A DNA stretch of 63,853 nt, filler included, from Octopus bimaculoides (lineage: Eukaryota): the NCBI RefSeq assembly GCF_001194135.2. It is 5 parts of 5 records of this genome, joined end to end, with 100 filler letters (N's around TTAATTAATTAA, not from the genome) between each part and the next. Parts side by side here need not be neighbours in the genome. Positions count along the whole stretch, not along the records: positions 1 to 30,438 come from NC_068985.1; 4 more parts are not named here. The stretch is one strand, 5' to 3'. Positions 1-12,350 of the stretch are shown piece after piece; within the stretch, counting starts at the first letter, position 1; every line of letters begins with the position of its first letter. A program made the position numbers and the translations under genes. The notes below the pieces were generated by a model. It did not search any database. It saw nothing but the letters and a program-made list of their open reading frames with translations, and had not been told where the DNA came from.

Positions 1-27
1 ATATATATATATATACATACATATTAT

Positions 28-123
28 ATCATCATCATCATCGTTTAACGTCCGCTTTCCATGCTAGCATGGGTTGGACGATTTGACTGAGGACTGGTGA
101 AATCGGATGGCAACACCAGGCTC
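28..123 (-). mobile_element. 3' tail of RTE-LINE-related retroposon ending in (GAT)n
   Basis: Reverse complement of the tail (...catgctagcatggaaagcggacgttaaacgatgatgat) seen at 3477-3568 and 43130-43233, and in diverged form after RT-coding ends at 18560-18660 and 27000-27075. Confidence 0.8.
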
Positions 124-300
124 TGTCTGGGGAGGGTCATTCTCTTTTAGTGCCTTATTATTTAACACACTCACTGGTAAAGTTTCCACTCATGTATTTA
201 TTTTTCCTTTATTTAGGAAAAATAAATAAGTAAATGAGTGGAAACTTTACCGGTCAGTGTGTTAAATAAAACACTAAAAGATAATGACTCTCCCCAGACA
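124..300. mobile_element. Foldback MITE (~177 bp hairpin)
   Basis: tgtctggggagggtcatt...ggtaaaagtttccactcat pairs with atgagtggaaactttaccgg...aatgactctccccagaca. A related arm occurs at ~38285-38325. Confidence 0.75.
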
Positions 301-360
301 CAACAAAATATGCTTCAACAACTCATATAAGGAATCTTGTAGACCAAATCCCAAAATGAA

Positions 361-414
<54 letters not shown>

Positions 415-797
415 AGAGAGTGAGATACACACATGTATAAATAATTACACTAAAATTTATTATGTGAAATATCCATAGATTTTAGCAGTCACAGCTATCA
501 TAAATTTACTATAAGACAGTCGTAAACATCTGTTATGTTAATATAGCCTCACTGTGAATAGGAAAAGACTGTTTGAAATATCATTAAACTTTCATCAGCA
601 ATCATTAACTGCTGCTGTATAATTGTATTTAAAGAGGTAGCCTGATTTGAATGTTTGAAACATTTTCAGCCATTGTTCTGTTATGTAAATTACTGACAGC
701 ATACTAAATTTTACTATGGGATATATCCATATATTTTACTCATCACTGCATTTATATAATAGTTTTATATACAATTTACACACACACACACACACAG

Positions 798-1003
798 GTG
801 CAGGCATAGCTGTGTGGTTAAGAAGTTTGTTGTATAAACCATGTGTTTCAGGGTTCACTTCTACAGAATGGTACTTTGATATGTCTATGCTGCCATTGCC
901 CAAGGTTGATTGATGCTTTGTGAGTGAATCTTGTAGCTAGACAGAAACTGTACAAGGCCTGTCATATATATACATAAATATATATATACACATACATGAA
1001 TAT

Positions 1004-1080
<77 letters not shown>
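798..1080 (+). mobile_element. Degenerate tRNA-derived SINE (family A) with expanded internal TA/TG microsatellite
   Basis: A-box-like ggcatagctgtgtggttaag, then gtagctagacagaaactg followed by (TA)n(TG)n. Homologous to copies at 40434, 54827 and 63163. Confidence 0.6.
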
Positions 1081-1081
<1 letters not shown>

Positions 1082-1862
1082 CCCAGTATACTTTGTAAAG
1101 TGGTTGGTGCTGTGATGGCATCCAACCATATAAACTAAGCCAAAGCAAACACTGGAGCTCAACACAGTTCTCAAATTGATGAGATCCTGCTGAATAGTTC
1201 AAATATGACAGTATGGAAGACAAACATTAAATGTTGTAGCTATGTGTATGTGAGAATGTTTACATTTTGTAATGGCATAACTTATGATAATTTGCTTATC
1301 AACAAATTGTCTGCTACCCTGCATTTTTAATGACATATGGAATGAAAACTGAGTTTGCTTGGAAACAGAAACGGATTAGTGACAAGAAGGGCATCCAGCC
1401 ATAAAAATAATGCTTCAATATATATTCATCTTACCACATTAGCACAGAAAAAAAAAGGAATGAATGAACAAATGCCAATGGTATGAAAAAATATCCCTAG
1501 TCCATGCTGCAAAGTGGTTGATGATAGAAAGACCATTCAGCTGGAAAAAATGAAATTGTGCCACAGAAGACATTCATACACAATAACAAAGACTGACTAT
1601 TTTCTTTGTTGCTGTATACGGTGGATGCTGAAAGATTGTGATGCTGTGAAACCAATCCAACTGATGACAACATGGTGAAAATGGATGTTAAATGATAATG
1701 ATAATTTACGACATCTATATTGGGATACAAAATGTTTTTTGATAGAGGAGAAAAATAATTTCCCAATGGGTGTGTCTACTTCTAAGTTAAAAGGTGGATT
1801 GAATGCATGGACACACACACACACACACACACACAAATATATATATATAGAGAGAGAGATAC

Positions 1863-1916
<54 letters not shown>

Positions 1917-1984
1917 TACATATATATAAAATATGTATGAGAAAGAGAGAGAGGGTGAAACAGACACAAATATATATAGTCACA

Positions 1985-2370
1985 AGCATGGCTGTGTAGT
2001 TAAGAAGATAGCTTCCCAACCACATGGTTTTGGGATCAGTGTCTTGGGTCAACCAAAGCCTTGACATAGAAACTGAAGGAAGCCTGTCCTGTATATATGT
2101 ATGTGTGCATATATGTGTTTTGATATCTTCTTGCCATGTCATCACATGATGGTTGCAAACAAGTGTTACTATCATACAAGTGCTGCCCTTCATTTTCAAT
2201 CTTCCATGAAAACATGTCCAGCCATGGGGAAATATGTAAATTGGAAACAGGTAAGAGTTGGTAAGAGGAAGGGCATGTGACTAGAAAATTTGTCTAAAAA
2301 AAATTCTATTTGACCCATATGAATATAGAAAATAAAGCAAAAAATGATGATGATGATGATGTATGTATCT
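1985..2370 (+). mobile_element. SINE with family-A head and RTE-type tail
   Basis: gcatggctgtgtagttaagaagatagcttcccaaccacatgg head, internal microsatellite, ggaagggcat motif and (GAT)n end. Confidence 0.55.
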
Positions 2371-2865
2371 AATGCATGTGGGTATATAAGCACAGATATG
2401 ACTATGTGGTAATAAAATCCCCTTTGAAACCACGTAGTTTTGGGTTCAAATCTACAGTGCAGCACCTTACTCAAGTGTCTTCTAAATTAGGTTCAAGCCA
2501 ACCAATACCTTGTGAGTTAAACTGGTACATGGAAATTATGAAAGCCCATAAGGTATATGTATATGTGTGTACATGTATATATAGGTAATGACCAAGGCCA
2601 TTGGCATTATATCGTGCTTGAGAAGAAGAGCCATCAAGCCGAGCAAAATCGTAGTAAAGGCACCCATTACACTGTTGGAGTGGTTGGCATTAGGAAAGGC
2701 ATCTAGCTGTAGAAAACTATGCCAAATTAGACAGGAGCCTGGTGTAGCCTTCCAGCGTGTCAGCCCAGTTAAGCCATCCAACCCATGCCCACATGGACAA
2801 TGGATGTTAAATGATAATATATATGTGTGTGTGCGTGTGTGTGTGTGTGCGTGTATATATGTATA

Positions 2866-3190
2866 GTGAAAGGGTGTGACTAGGTGGTTAGGGTGCTCAC
2901 TCACTCATGATCATAAGGTCGAGAGTTTGATTCATGGTAACATGTGTCCTTGAGCAAGACACTTTATTTCACATTGGTCCAGTTCACACAGCTGGCAAAA
3001 ATGTGTAGTACCTGTATTTCAAAGGGCCAGCCTTGTCACGTTCTGTGTCTCGCTGAATCTCCCTGATAACTACATTAAGGGTACACATGTCTGTGGAGTG
3101 CTCAGCCACTTGTTCCTTAATTTCATGAGCAAGCTGTTCTGTTGATTGGATCAACTGGAACCCTCGACGTTGTAAGCAACGAAGTGCCAG
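2866..3190 (+). mobile_element. Chimeric SINE: head/core like the 13339 family, 3' half like the 25031 family
   Basis: tgtccttgagcaagacactttatttcac...cagctggcaaaaatg is joined to cctgtatttcaaagggccagccttgtcac...atcaactggaaccctcgacgttgtaagcaacgaagtgcca. Confidence 0.7.
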
Positions 3191-3229
<39 letters not shown>

Positions 3230-3418
3230 GACACACATGGTGAGTCAAAAGTCATGTACAAAATAAGTTCAATACAGTCCAGAATTATAAAAAGCATTTG
3301 AATTTTTCTAAAATTGATTAAAATAAATAAAATGATGAATACACACACACACTTGTACATGATGAACAAAATGAATAACAAATAAAATATCAAATATTTT
3401 GGCATGTGACTTTTGGTC

Positions 3419-3467
<49 letters not shown>

Positions 3468-4051
3468 TATATATATGAGCCTGGTGTAGCCATCTGGTTT
3501 CACCAGTCCTCAGTCAAATTGTCCAACCCATGCTAGCATGGAAAGCGGACGTTAAACGACGATGATGAAATCCAAGAAAGTTAGGAGCTGTGAGTCCAAC
3601 CCACTAAGGGATAATATCTATCCAATATACTGCTGGAAGAATACTCAATTATTATTACACTAGTGTTTTTTCATTGCATGGCAAATACATTACCGAGTGC
3701 AATAAATGGGTGCGGACAAAAAGATATTTTACCATTAATTTATATAGCAATAAGAAAATGGAGGGGAATAGGTGGTATTCATCAACTTGCAGACATTGTA
3801 TTGTGTCAATTTTTTTTCATTTGTTTACTAAAAGGACAATAATAACATTATACAAACACATGTGACATATTATGTCATATCAGTAATTAAAAAATGACAT
3901 ATAGTGACAGAAAATGAGATAATGTCTTACAGCTGTTACAGGTATCTCTCATATGTATTATATTTAAATTATATATACTCAGTATATCTCTTTAACTCTT
4001 TATTCCGATATGCACATGTATGTATATGGTATAAGTTTGTGCATGTATGTG

Positions 4052-4087
<36 letters not shown>

Positions 4088-4187
4088 NNNNNNNNNNNNN
4101 NNNNNNNNNNNNNNNNNNNNNNNNNNNNNNNNNNNNNNNNNNNNNNNNNNNNNNNNNNNNNNNNNNNNNNNNNNNNNNNNNNNNNNN

Positions 4188-4222
<35 letters not shown>

Positions 4223-4422
4223 CACACACACATATATGTATACACACACACATTCACATACACATATATATACATACACACATATATACACATACATGCA
4301 TGTACATATGTATTAAGTATTATGGTACTAACTTGGGGGTGGTTTGATTAATTTTCTTTTAAACCACTGCACTTAACTAAGCAAGACTTTCCTTCTACCA
4401 CAAGATCTACAATTGCAATACA

Positions 4423-4620
4423 GTAATCCCTCAACTATCGCAGGTGTTATGTTCCAAACCCCACCATGATGGGTGAAAATCCAAGGAGAAACAGTACTGT
4501 ACTGTATAATTTTTAATATTATTTTTATAATTTGTATATATTTTTTTTATTAATGCAAAACAACACCAAGGAGGAATTCACATAAGCTTAATTAATAAGC
4601 CGTGATATGGTGAGGGATCA
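4423..4620. mobile_element. Left end of a pogo/Tigger-like non-autonomous DNA transposon
   Basis: TA followed by cagtaatccctcaactatcgc, a pogo-like TIR start. The matching right TIR was not clearly found. Confidence 0.35.
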
Positions 4621-5269
4621 CCGTACTGTAAAATTTTCCTTCTCAGACTTAGCTAAACTGAATAGAAATAATAATTATAGTATTATTAACATAAACGACA
4701 ATAATAATAGTGGTAATTGCGGTAGTTATTGTAATAGTAATAATATTAATAGTGACATAATTTACAATTACAACTATGAAATAACTATACTACAATCAGC
4801 CAGTGCTTTCTTAACACTAAATGTCTTTAAAACTATGTATACCAATGTACAGCAAAAACCAACAATATATACAAAGTGTACATAGGCCTCACCACTAACC
4901 TCTTAAGGACCTACTGCCAGCATAAACATTCCTTCCATAACCTGGCAAGAGGAATACTACTACTACACTATCCAGTTACAATAGCAACTTAAAGAATATA
5001 ATGCACAACACAACTTGCAATGGAAAATATTGGGAACACTTCATACACAAGCAACAGAAATTTTGTAATGTAGGCATGGAAGTAGAGATCTAGATTCTGT
5101 GTGCTAAAATAGCAATCCCAACCTGGATATCTGAGATGACAACATGCAGACTTCCCTCCACACTCCTAAATTGAACTGTTACTAGATTACATCACATCAC
5201 TAATAACTATTTTTACTTTTTCTCCTAGTTTTTTCTCTAGAGAAAAGCATTACACGTTTGGACAGTGCT

Positions 5270-5612
5270 TTTTACATGCCACCGGCACGAAGAGCCAGTC
5301 AGGCAACACTGGCAATGACCCACACATGAATGGTGCTTATTGCATGCCACCAACACGAGAGCCAGTCAGGTGGCACTAGCATTGGCCACAACTACAATTT
5401 CCATTTTTGATTGTGATTTAATTTTAGTTGACTCAATAGGTCTCCTCAAGCACAGCGTGTCACCTGACGATTCTAAGGTACTTTTTAAATGGGCTGGTTA
5501 TGTGACATTGGTATAGGCTATGATCTCATTTTACTTGCCAGGTCTTCTCATCATATCTCCAGAGGTATTGGTCTTTTGTCATTGCCTCTGTGAGGCCCAA
5601 CGTTTGAAGGTC

Positions 5613-5615
<3 letters not shown>
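5270..5615 (-). mobile_element. RTE LINE 3' end fragment
   Basis: Reverse complement of the RT C-terminus (gaccttcaaacgttgggcctcacagaggcaatgac) and the 3' UTR repeat units. Confidence 0.7.
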
Positions 5616-5643
<28 letters not shown>

Positions 5644-6226
5644 NNNNNNNNNNNNNNNNNNNNNNNNNNNNNNNNNNNNNNNNNNNNNNNNNNNNNNNNN
5701 NNNNNNNNNNNNNNNNNNNNNNNNNNNNNNNNNNNNNNNNNNNNNNNNNNNNNNNNNNNNNNNNNNNNNNNNNNNNNNNNNNNNNNNNNNNNNNNNNNNN
5801 NNNNNNNNNNNNNNNNNNNNNNNNNNNNNNNNNNNNNNNNNNNNNNNNNNNNNNNNNNNNNNNNNNNNNNNNNNNNNNNNNNNNNNNNNNNNNNNNNNNN
5901 NNNNNNNNNNNNNNNNNNNNNNNNNNNNNNNNNNNNNNNNNNNNNNNNNNNNNNNNNNNNNNNNNNNNNNNNNNNNNNNNNNNNNNNNNNNNNNNNNNNN
6001 NNNNNNNNNNNNNNNNNNNNNNNNNNNNNNNNNNNNNNNNNNNNNNNNNNNNNNNNNNNNNNNNNNNNNNNNNNNNNNNNNCTATATATGTATTATGTAT
6101 ACCTATATATGTATACATACATACACACACACATTGGTGGATAAATATTCTTTATTTGTAGGGTAATTTTAGCAATTATCAAACATGTTACACGGAATAT
6201 TGTTGCTTGTCTCCATCTTGGATGAA

Positions 6227-6268
<42 letters not shown>

Positions 6269-7542
6269 ATCATCATTTAATATACTTAATACATGCTAGG
6301 GTAGGTTAGACACATGCACACACACTGTGTGTGCATGTGTATATGTATGTGTATGTATTCCTTGTATTGACATCATGTGAAGGTTGTAAACAAGCATCAC
6401 CATAATACAAGCGCTGTTGCTTATTCTCATAAGAAAAAAAAAAACGTGTCTGGCCATGGGGAAATATTACTTTGCTTGGAAACAGGTGATGGCTGGTGAC
6501 AGGAAAGGCAGCCAGTTATGGAAAGACCTATCTCAATGAATTCTATATCCTTACAAACAAGGAAATGTGAACTTAAAATGATGATGATAATGATGATGCA
6601 CACACGCACACTAGTTTCAAATTTTGACACAAGGCCAACAGTTTTAGGGGAGATGGTAAGGAAATTACATCGACCCTAGTTTTCAAATGGTATTTATTTT
6701 ATTGACTCAAAAAAGATGAAAGGCAAAGTCAATTCCAGTGGCATTTGAACTCAAGAGCGTACAGTTAGAAGAAATGCTGCAAAGTATTTTGTCTGGCACA
6801 GTAATGATTTTGCCAGTCCTATTAACAGTTATTTCAGCATGTGGTGACTGTCTGATTGAGACATGCTTGTTCATTTCTCTTTATTTTTCCCTCTTCTCAT
6901 TTATCCTTTTTGTAGAAGTGTGTAGGCTTGATGCATTAAAAACTTCATCCAATTTTCCTGAGCAAATTAATTTGCTTGTTTCTTTTCCTTACCTTCATAT
7001 TTTATTTTTGTAATTAGNNNNNNNNNNNNNNNNNNNNNNNNNNNNNNNNNNNNNNNNNNNNNNNNNNNNNNNNNNNNNNNNNNNNNNNNNNNNNNNNNNN
7101 NNNNNNNNNNNNNNNNNNNNNNNNNNNNNNNNNNNNNNNNNNNNNNNNNNNNNNNNNNNNNNNNNNNNNNNNNNNNNNNNNNNNNNNNNNNNNNNNNNNN
7201 NNNNNNNNNNNNNNNNNNNNNNNNNNNNNNNNNNNNNNNNNNNNNNNNNNNNNNNNNNNNNNNNNNNNNNNNNNNNNNNNNNNNNNNNNNNNNNNNNNNN
7301 NNNNNNNNNNNNNNNNNNNNNNNNNNNNNNNNNNNNNNNNNNNNNNNNNNNNNNNNNNNNNNNNNNNNNNNNNNNNNNNNNNNNNNNNNNNNNNNNNNNN
7401 NNNNNNNNNNNNNNNNNNNNNNNNNNNNNNNNNNNNNNNNNNNNNNNNNNNNNNNNNNNNNNNNNNNNNNNNNNNNNNNNNNNNNNNNNNNNNNNNNNNN
7501 NNNNNNNNNNNNNNNNNNNNNNNNNNNNNNNNNNNNNNNNNN

Positions 7543-7591
<49 letters not shown>

Positions 7592-7689
7592 TATACATAC
7601 ATACACACACACCATAGTGAAACATGCTTTGAAATGGTGGTTTTGATTTGAGGTTAGGATCTGTTTCAATACAAATATGTTTGATTGTG

Positions 7690-8548
7690 TATCTATGTAT
7701 GGACCCAACAGATGGACCAGTTATCTGAGTGGACAGTAGCTTGGTGGATAAAGCAATGAAGGATATGAAGACAAGGAAAGCCCCCCCCTCCCCCAGCCCA
7801 TCAGGAATCACTGCTGAGATGCCTAGAATATCTGGCAGAGTGGGATATGGTCTAGTCACCTATATCAAGTTGTCCATGAGGGAGTCATACCTAACAATTG
7901 GTGTAGTAGCATTAAAGTCAACTGCTACAAAGGTAAAGGTGATGCCTCTTGTTTATCATAGTCCTCCAGGCCACAACAGAGGAATTTAAGACAGGTGGTT
8001 CTTGGGAGTTTCTCTACCTAGAGAAGAAATTTTAGGTGTGACAGCAAGGTATTGAATTCAAAGAGCCTTAGAGTTAATTTAGTAAAGACCAAAGTCTTAG
8101 TAAGTAGGAAAATAGACAAATCACTGATCCCTTCAGTGAGTCAACTCTGCACAATATGTAGAAAAGGTGTTGGCGGAAACTCCACACAGTGTACTCAGTG
8201 CAAGCTATGGACACATAAGAGGTGCAGTGGTATCATAAGAACGTTGAAAAAGAAAATAGTCTTTGTATGTGGCAGATGTGCAGGTACATTAAACACAGGG
8301 AAGTGTACAGAAAATAGACTCTCTCAAATGTCTTGAGAGTTCCTGAGAAGTAGTAGACAATTTCTGTTACTTAGGTGACCAAGTTAACAGTGGAGGTGGA
8401 AATTCTGAAAGTGTAACTGCTAGAATAAAAATGGGCTGTGCAAAGTTCAGAGACCAACTCCCTCAGAGTGAAAGGCAGATTTTATGATGCCTGTGTACAG
8501 CCATGTTACATGGCAGTGAGACATGGGCTGTGACTGCACAGGACATGT
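7690..8548 (+). mobile_element. Internally deleted RTE LINE reverse-transcriptase fragment with PHD-like finger
   Basis: Translates to DKAMKDMKTRKAP..PSGITAEM, K.KGDA, SKSLRVNLVKTKVLVS and CTICRKGVGGNSTQCTQCKLWTHKRCSG...VCGRC. Then F.YLGDQV and LHGSETW in shifted frames. Confidence 0.85.
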
Positions 8549-9102
8549 CAGACAAAATGTGACCTTTTCAATGATTATATGCTCATCAAGTACCTCTTTT
8601 CCCTTAGCACTTTTTGCATGCTTACTGTTCCTCTCACAGGTCTTGTATCAGGTAACAAACAGACTGTGATGAAAGGATTTTGACAGACTTAGATATTACA
8701 AATAATGATTTATATAATTGATTTTTAATAAAACCGAAGTGAAAGTTAAACAGGGCATGTGCTTTTATTTGCAGCATGACCCTCCCAATTTACAATAACA
8801 ATTTCAGTACATCATTTCCTATCAAGAATCCTACAAAGCAATTGCGAAAATGAAGTACGAAATATCTATACACACACACAACATAAGGTCTTGATGCACC
8901 ATTATGTTCCATGCTATGGAGCTTGGTTTCTTTACGATGAGGGTGGCAACGCCCTCATCTTTTCACGTGTTGTTCATAATCTCTGTCAGGTGTCTCAGTG
9001 TGAATGAATGCAAGTTTTTTTCTTTTTTATTGTTTTTGTCTGTACGTAGTATATCATCCATACCTTAACAGAGTGGGTAATGATATCGTTCCGCATACTC
9101 TG

Positions 9103-9157
<55 letters not shown>

Positions 9158-10521
9158 CATGGTTGTACAGTATATTACTGGTTATAGCATATGACTGGTC
9201 AGAATGTTACCGTCGTTTTCGCGCCGAGTATTATACTTGAGCAATATTGACTACTCTTCAATCATACAGGCCATAGACGTTATAACCAGTAACATACTAC
9301 TGATTGACGATATACAAAAATATATAAAAATGTAATCACTCTATTACACATATTGAGAATGCCCCCCCCCCGCCACCGACTTATGGACAGCTAACTGATA
9401 ACATAGATATATAACGTACGCACACATACACACTAGTACTACAGCATCTGGAGACGTAGCTTGTGATGACTATACAAATTGTACCATACAGATAAATTTA
9501 TTTATAAGTATTATGATATAATTTAACGTAATCCTGATAGATAAACGGAATTTTTGCAATATCTCAATGAAATCGAAATATTAAAATCCGGTTAAGTTCC
9601 AGCAAAATATGCTTGGAATTATCAACACCCTTTCAGAAACTGCGTCAATACAAACACAAGCATTACGATATTGATAAGAAACGTAAGAAAACTCTGTGGA
9701 TTAAATGCATAAAAGAAACTTATCTTGAATTGATAATTAGGTTAAAACATTTTAAAACGCGAACTGCTGAAAAACTATAAATAACAAAACTATATCAACG
9801 ATAACGTCGAAGTCTCTCTGTGGTCGCTTTTGACCTATTAGAAATAGCAGCCAAATCATCCATAAATTACTCTAATATCAATCATGAATAAAGCAATGAC
9901 ATATCAGATAAAGTAGGTGACCCATCCCTAAAAAAAGATGGGATGGTCACGGTTAGAATTCCTCTAATCAAAGGGTTGCTCGTTAGTACTTGGCCGAGGG
10001 CTAAACACCAACTAACACTGCCTCTATTATGTTATACATTGTATGTGTGTGCTTAATTTATATTATACATATATATATACACACACACACATACAATATA
10101 ATATGCTTATTTGATAGAAATTATATATTTACCATTTACTATTTTAGATTTTAAATCCATTGCAATCTGAATAGCGTATTAGAAAATCATTATAATGTAA
10201 ACACTGTCTGCTTGTCTGCTACTGAATGCGTTCTATTTTTAAGGAATTTCTTTTAATTTCTCTCTCCAAAATAATGATAATAATATTTGCAATAAATAAG
10301 GTTTATTTTCTCACCTACCAATTTTATTTTTGCAGTTGAAAATATTGATAAGATATGAATAAATTATTCGCCCAAATTATAAACATAGATATGAAAAATG
10401 TGGGGTTGTTTATTTCCGAAAATTAATGCGGAAAAAAATAACCTATTTAAAGTAAAAGTGAATATAAGTAACAGTCAAAATTACATATGAATAAATAAGG
10501 AACTTAATGTGAAGAATTTAC

Positions 10522-10895
10522 CTGTTCGTCAGACTGAAGTCTTGAGTGGAACAACGTTCGTGAAGCGTAGATAAAACAGTGTTTTTCGAAAATGTACTTT
10601 GCCACTAGTCCCAAGTAGGACATTACGTCTGCTACCTTTTCTGGAACTCTTTAGCATAAGAAGTTACAAATTCAATAGATTTCTTCTCTGGTCAGACTAC
10701 AACAACAGCAATAACTGACGAAATATGTATTTTCCTATAAATGTCTGCAGTCAAATCATTTATGTTTAAAATCTATGTATAGTCTATTTTTTGTTGTTGT
10801 GTATTCTGATACCTCTTATCACATCTTAGACACACTCATACAAATGCACACTCCAAAGGGTAGTAGTGTAATTTCGCACGTAGAGCGCCATTTTG
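10522..10895 (-). other. Candidate first exon of a minus-strand host gene
   Basis: YY1-type CAAAATGGCG at 10895-10886. ATG at 10623 opens 34 codons (MSYLGLVAKYIFEKHCFIYASRTLFHSRLQSDEQ) to a CAG|GTAAAT donor at 10522/10521. The flank is CpG-retaining unique sequence. No homology recognised. Confidence 0.3.
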
Positions 10896-11269
10896 AATGT
10901 TTTTAATTTCCTTTACTAATGTTTTTCGTTTCGGCATTTTAGTGTTTCCGTGTCGTAACTTATATGTTCCCCAATAGAATTAATGTTGATCCCACAAGAA
11001 TTTAAAAGCAACCTGCTGCTGAGAAGGCATACAATTTCAATTTTTAAAAAAAATTGTCCATTAATGTAATAGATTTTTATATTACATTCATAAATCTCTT
11101 CTTTTAAAAAATTAGTTTCAAATCGATTAGTAATAAATAACAATATGAATTGCTGCGCTGGTAAATCTTAACTGTATCAGAGGAACGGTCTTACGATTAA
11201 GGGGTGTGTTCTAGCATTAGAATTAGCATTAACGGTTTTCAGTTTAGAAAAAAAATAACGATTACTAAT

Positions 11270-11600
11270 TTTCGCACAAGATCAGTAATTTTGAAGAGAT
11301 GGGCTTGGTCGATACCATCGATCTCGGTACTCGACTGATACTTTATTTTATCGATTTCGCAAAACGAAGGGCAGAGTAGACCTCGGCGAGATTTGAAATT
11401 AATGTAAATTTTCAGATTAACGCCTGCACGACTTTCACTAGGGTGTTAGGGTTTTAGGGTTAGGGTTAGGGACGGAATTCCTTAACCGTAACCCTAAACC
11501 CTAACCCTGACCCTAACACCCTAGTGAAAATCGTGCGGGTGTTAATCTGAAAATTTACCGAACTTAGAATGTAAAGAGCCGTGACTAAATACCACAATGT
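11270..11600 (-). mobile_element. SINE family B copy interrupted by the TTAGGG foldback element
   Basis: tactttattttatcgatt...ggcagagtagacctcggcgagatttgaa lies left of the insert, and gaacttagaatgtaaagag continues the same consensus on the right. Confidence 0.6.
11404..11558. mobile_element. Palindromic MITE-like element containing inverted TTAGGG/CCCTAA repeats
   Basis: gtaaattttcagattaacgcctgcacgactttcactagggtgttagggttttagggttagggttagg mirrors cc(t)taaccgtaaccctaaaccctaaccctgaccctaacaccctagtgaaaatcgtgcgggtgttaatctgaaaatttac. Confidence 0.8.
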
Positions 11601-11957
11601 AAAAAAATTACAAAAACAAAAAACAACTTCCAGGAGGTAATTTCTGACGTTTCATCCCTTCAGCATTTAATCATCATGCCCCTCACAAATGCTAGGCCAA
11701 AAATTTATACCCAAGATTTAAGGTTCTCATAAATAAGAACTTTTTATATGGAAGAAAGGCTCTACTCAGAACGTGGGGTTGAACGGAGTTGTCATTTGTA
11801 GGGTGTATTCCGTTGAGGNNNNNNNNNNNNNNNNNNNNNNNNNNNNNNNNNNNNNNNNNNNNNNNNNNNNNNNNNNNNNNNNNNNNNNNNNNNNNNNNNN
11901 NNNNNNNNNNNNNNNNNNNNNNNNNNNNNNNNNNNNNNNNNNNNNNNNNNNNNNNNN

Positions 11958-12350
11958 CCCGAGGTCGGCGTGGCCTGGGTAACGGCTGCTGTACTCCTGG
12001 GTAACGGGGATGAAGTGGCGGTCCTCTGGACAGCTGGGTCGGAAGCATTAGGTTGGAGGGGCCAAACTTTGAATTTGGTAATGCGGGGATCGGTGGAGGG
12101 CCTGTAGGGCATGGTGGAAACGGTGACGGTCGGGGGCACGGTGTTGGGAGTCGGAATCCCTCGATGCTTTGAGTGTGGCCTGAGTGGCCACATCGGAGTA
12201 GACTGCCCTTCACCAGCCGAGAGGAGCCAGGAGAGGGCCGGGGAGGAGCCGGTGGGATCGGAGAGGGACTTATTGACGGAGGAGGTGAGGGGGAGGGTTA
12301 TGGGGAATAAAAAGCAAGGAGGGAGAGGAGGGCGGGTTATACAGATTTGA
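11958..12350 (+). pseudogene. Gag-like/LINE ORF1 remnant with a CCHC zinc knuckle
   Basis: GC-rich frame PEVGVAWVTAAVLLG...MRGSVEGL*GMVETVTVGG...RCFECGLSGHIGVDC, matching CX2CX4HX4C. One in-frame TAG; the 5' part is lost in an N gap. Confidence 0.7.

Noticed and set aside
4607-4885. Asn-rich ORF
   Set aside because: Translation of a degenerate (AAT)n tract inside a DNA-transposon remnant.
716-7859. ORF-track entries rich in YIYI, HTHT, CVCV or X (here and throughout)
   Set aside because: Translations of (TA)n, (CA)n, (TG)n and N gaps.
11447-11520. True telomere or chromosome-fusion site
   Set aside because: Only a few degenerate units, enclosed by unique inverted arms inside a SINE; a mobile element fits better.
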